A program made the translations under genes and the position numbers. Under the pieces are notes generated by a model. The model worked only from the letters and a program-made list of their open reading frames with translations, did no database searches and was not told the DNA's origin. From assembly GCA_016866875.1 (NCBI GenBank), contig VGKY01000001.1, forward strand, positions 56,057-120,056: 64,000 nt of DNA. Reading direction: 5' to 3'. How positions within the stretch are numbered: the first letter of the stretch is position 1; each line of letters starts with the position of its first letter. Origin of the DNA: Candidatus Peribacteria bacterium (GTDB lineage: Bacteria; Patescibacteriota; Gracilibacteria; Peribacterales; Peribacteraceae). Below, piece after piece: positions 60,472 through 64,000 of this stretch.

Positions 60472-61036
60472 AAGTTCCGACCCGCACGAATGGTATAACG
60501 GTCTGGGCACTGTCTCGACGCAAGGTCCGGTGAAATTTCAATGCCGGTGCAAATGCCGGATAGGTTATGGAAGGACGAAAAGACCCTATGAAGCTTTACT
60601 ATATGCTGGCATTGTCTTATTGGTTTTCATGCGTAGTATAGGTGGGAGACTTTGAAGCTCTGGCTTTGGCTGGAGTGGAGTCACAATATGAAATACCACC
60701 CTTGGGTTCCGATGAGACTCACCCCGTGTCTGAAACAGACCGGGGGACAGTGTTTGCTGGGTAGTTTAACTGGGGCGGTTGCCTCCTAAAATGTAACGGA
60801 GGCGCACAATGGTCACCTAGCGCCGGATGGAAATCGGCGCGGTCGTGTAATCGCACAAGGTGGCCTGACTGTGAGGCTCACAAGCCGAGCAGGGACGAAA
60901 GTCGGTGATAGTGATCCGGTGCCCTGAGTACGATTCACTTTGTACTCTTCCCACGTGGGTGGGGCATCGCTCAACGGATAAAAGTTACTCTAGGGATAAC
61001 AGGCTGATCGGTCCCAAGCGCCCACAGCGACGGACC

Positions 61037-61077
<41 letters not shown>

Positions 61078-61108
61078 GAGAAGCTCCCAAGGGTTTGGCT
61101 GTTCGCCA

Positions 61109-61153
<45 letters not shown>

Positions 61154-61544
61154 TGGCCTCTATCCTCCATAACCACGTGCAGACGTGAAAGGACCTGTTC
61201 CTAGTACGAGAGGACCGGAATGGACGAACCTCTGGTGCACCTGCTGTCGTGTCAACGGCACCGCAGGATAGCTATGTTCGGACGGGATAACCGCTGAAGG
61301 CATCTAAGCGGGAAGCTCACCTTAAGATTGCGTCTGCCCATAAGTCCGCCGGAAGACTACCGGTAACATCGGCCACAGGTGTACACGCAGCAATGCGTTT
61401 AGCCGAGTGGTGCGAATGGACGATTGAACATTTTTTGGTTCGTACCGTTTAACGACGGTACGCAGAAGCGTGCTGTCTACCTGTCACACCGTCCCCTTAA
61501 AAAGGGCGATGCGCGGGCAGAACATACCCATGCCGCCTGAACGC

Positions 61545-61610
61545 GGAATTGAAAATTTAGAATTGAAAATTGAAGATTAGTTTTCCATTTTCATTTTCCA
61601 TTTTCCATTC
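61545..61610. repeat. Heptamer-repeat hairpin in the 23S-5S spacer
   Basis: GAATTGA/AAATTTA/GAATTGA... facing TTTTCCA repeats. Confidence 0.7.
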
Positions 61611-61684
61611 GCGCGCAGCGCGACAAGTGCGGTTTATCTTTTCATCGTGATCATTTCGAAGCACAATCTTTCTGGATTGCATTG

Positions 61685-61800
61685 TCCTGGTGTCTTTAGC
61701 AACGGGGAAACACCCGTTCCCATTCCGAACACGGCAGTTAAGCCTGTTAGCGCCGATGGTAGTGAGACATCAGTCTCGTGAGAGTAGGTCGACGCCAGGA
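61685..61800 (+). rRNA. rrf: 5S rRNA
   Basis: CACCCGTTCCCATTCCGAACACGG..GTTAAG..GCCGATGGTAG..GAGAGTAGGTC. Confidence 0.95.
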
Positions 61801-61916
61801 CAATGCAATCCCATGAAGGAGTGCTTTTTAGCTATATACATCTCCAGCCAAGGACTTGCGGGGTATTTGACAAATAATTTAAAAGTTATATAATGTAATT
61901 AAATTCCCCACTAGTT

Positions 61917-62153
61917 ATGGTCGATACATTACTACGTAATGAGCTTGTCCAGGCTGCCGCCGCTATCAAAAATGGCAAAGAAGCATCTCGGCGTATAGGT
62001 GAGCTCATGCATAATCGCCGCGGTGATGTAATCGAAGCTACAAAGGAGCTTTCCCATCAGCAGCAAGCGATAATCATGCCTGGTAATCCAGAACCTCCAA
62101 ATCAATCTACACCCGAACTAACAGGGGAGAATGTTCCATTGAATCTATCATAA
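61917..62153 (+). CDS. Small hypothetical protein
   Basis: Follows TTGACA-16-TATAAT at ~61867. Confidence 0.5.
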   Translation: MVDTLLRNELVQAAAAIKNGKEASRRIGELMHNRRGDVIEATKELSHQQQAIIMPGNPEPPNQSTPELTGENVPLNLS

Positions 62154-62667
62154 TTTGACCGTGAAAATCCCGAAGCCTGATCTACGGGGTCTTTTGCATC
62201 TTCACTGTGCGTTTATTGCGCCAATCGTGAACGGGCCACTTCGTTGACCATCGTCTCCACTTCGAGTCTGTCTACGACGGTGCCTGCAGCGATGACGTAC
62301 GACTGGAGCTGCTCAATGCCTGTGAGGGTTTCTTGCAGTTGGCTGCAGGTACGCGTATCCGCCGTACAGGCATTGCGAATCCCCGCGAAGCGATGTACGA
62401 CCCCAATGACAGCATCTTCGTGCAGAGGTCGCCAAGGTGATCTACGAGAAGATCAAAGACGAAGTGAAGTCGACGACGCGGTATGCGATAAAAGGATGAA
62501 AAGGACGGAAACGTCTTTTTCGTCTTGTTATTCCTCTTCGTCCCCTTGTTCTTCTATCCTTTCTTCATGAGACTATTTTGCGTGGAGCGTATCCAGAAAA
62601 TCCTCTCCGCTCGCCGTACCCACCTTCGCCCTGTGGGGCTACGGTGGGCAGGATTTCTCCATTCATA

Positions 62668-63438
62668 ATGCAAGAACGTTTACAGAAGATATTATCGGCA
62701 CGTGGTATATGCTCTCGCCGCAAAGCGGAGGAGTACATCGAGCGAGGACTCGTTACCGTGAACGGCGAGAAGGCGATCCTCGGTCAGAAGGCCGATCCCG
62801 CTGCCGATCACATTGAGGTCGATGGCAGTGTGGTGCAGGAGCGCAAGGAGATGCTCTATTACGTGATGCACAAGCCGGTGGGAGTGGAGACGACGAATGT
62901 GGAAAGACAGAAAGGGCAGGAAAGACAGAAAGGGCAACAAGGTAAACAAACAACAGCGCAAAATATTTCAGTGCGCAACTTTTTGCCCGGGGAATTACGA
63001 GGAAAAGTTTTTCCGGTTGGTAGATTGGACAAAGATTCCGAGGGGCTTCTGCTGTTTACCAATGACGGAGTTCTCGCCTACCGTCTCACGCACCCGAAGT
63101 TCGATCACGAGAAGGAGTACATGGTGATCGTCGACAAAGACGTGACGGATGGTCAGCTGCGGAAGATGCGTGAGGGGATGACACTCTTTGGCGAGCGGAC
63201 AAAATCGGCGAAGGTGGTGCGCACGGGGGCAAGGCAATTTCGTTTAGCACTCACTGAAGGCAAAAACCGGCAGATCCGCAGGATGTGCCAGAAAGTGGGA
63301 CTCGAAGTCCTGCGGTTGGAGCGCATTCGCATCGGCCCCTTGCAAAATTCTCGGCTCAAAGAAGGGCAGATCCGTGCGTTGACAGCGCAAGAGGTTCAAT
63401 CGATGCTCGCGTATGTTCAGATCCCCAAAGATATTTGA
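62668..63438 (+). CDS. rluB: S4-domain pseudouridine synthase (RluB/RsuA family)
   Basis: ERLQKILS..SRRKAE; VGRLDKDSEGLLL; EGKNRQIRRM. Confidence 0.9.
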   Translation: MQERLQKILSARGICSRRKAEEYIERGLVTVNGEKAILGQKADPAADHIEVDGSVVQERKEMLYYVMHKPVGVETTNVERQKGQERQKGQQGKQTTAQNISVRNFLPGELRGKVFPVGRLDKDSEGLLLFTNDGVLAYRLTHPKFDHEKEYMVIVDKDVTDGQLRKMREGMTLFGERTKSAKVVRTGARQFRLALTEGKNRQIRRMCQKVGLEVLRLERIRIGPLQNSRLKEGQIRALTAQEVQSMLAYVQIPKDI

Positions 63439-63548
63439 TAGAGCTTCCCCTTCACCCATGCCTGCCGGCAGGCAGGCCCCGTGCCTGCACGCCGGAGTGC
63501 GTTTCGGCACGCAGGCGTGGCGCGCGGCACCATCCCGATAAAATCGGT

Positions 63549-64000
63549 TTACCGCGGATCGATCTTCAGCGAGCCAAAGTGCTGCACCCAGATGGTGCCC
63601 ACAAGGCCGATGCCGATGTCGGTGAAGTGCGAAGTGAGGATGTTCTTGCGATGATCGGGCGACTCCATCCAGCCACGCATGACATCGGCTGGAGTCTGCT
63701 GACCTTTGGCGAGATTTTCCCCGAAAGAGGCATAGTAGCCTTTGCATTTACACGTTTCTGACGTGAGTGCGGCGAAGCCTGCGCGCTCAATGCGCTTTTG
63801 TGGGCCTTCACCTTCCGGTGATGTGTGGCTGAAGAAGTCGCGTTGCAGCATGTCCTGTGCATACGCCTGGGCGGAGGCGGCAAGCGTGGAATTGGGAGCA
63901 AGTGGAGGAAGATCGGCCTTCTCCCGTTCCCTGTTCACCAAGCGGATCACAGCATCTTTCAGCTCCTGCTGCTCAGAGACGGAGCGAATGGGTGTTGCTT
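63549..64000 (-). CDS. CAP/SCP-domain protein, 5' end outside the window
   Basis: LVNRER, AQAYAQDM..FFSH, GENLAKG, GWMESPDHRKNIL, WVQHFG. Confidence 0.9.
   Translation of the reverse strand, partial: ATPIRSVSEQQELKDAVIRLVNREREKADLPPLAPNSTLAASAQAYAQDMLQRDFFSHTSPEGEGPQKRIERAGFAALTSETCKCKGYYASFGENLAKGQQTPADVMRGWMESPDHRKNILTSHFTDIGIGLVGTIWVQHFGSLKIDPR

Overview
Chromosomal segment of a bacterium that looks like Patescibacteria/CPR, most plausibly Peregrinibacteria/Peribacteria. This is inferred from the SLH S-layer and Cys-rich surface proteins, unlinked 23S-5S, intron-bearing 23S and mostly SD-less genes. It uses standard code 11. Most genes are housekeeping or envelope genes: serS, uvrB, galU, uppP, recJ, dnaJ, jag, HU, topA, dgt, pgeF, nnrD, gatAC, rnpA-yidC, fbaB, cysS, sod, rpoB and rluB. 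RNA genes are tRNA-Trp, tRNA-Asp, 23S and 5S, with no 16S. Two genes missing from the ORF track were found by hand: csrA (42680-42856) and an amidase that runs off the left edge. The most notable non-routine signals are: (1) a single HTH/coiled-coil/amphipathic-tail protein preceded by ~350 bp of T(G/C)AT(C/G)A repeats, resembling a one-protein centromere/tether system (pSK1 Par/RacA-like); (2) a TPR-repeat gene cassette between 140-bp direct repeats that duplicate the topA 3' end plus a REP hairpin; (3) several families of short palindromic or 7-/9-mer repeat elements inserted in frame in proteins and in rRNA; (4) a 23S rRNA with three related IVS-like hairpins and an ORF-less group I intron at L1951; (5) RpoB with a histone-H1-like basic N-tail and an acidic C-tail; (6) pervasive leaderless-type starts.
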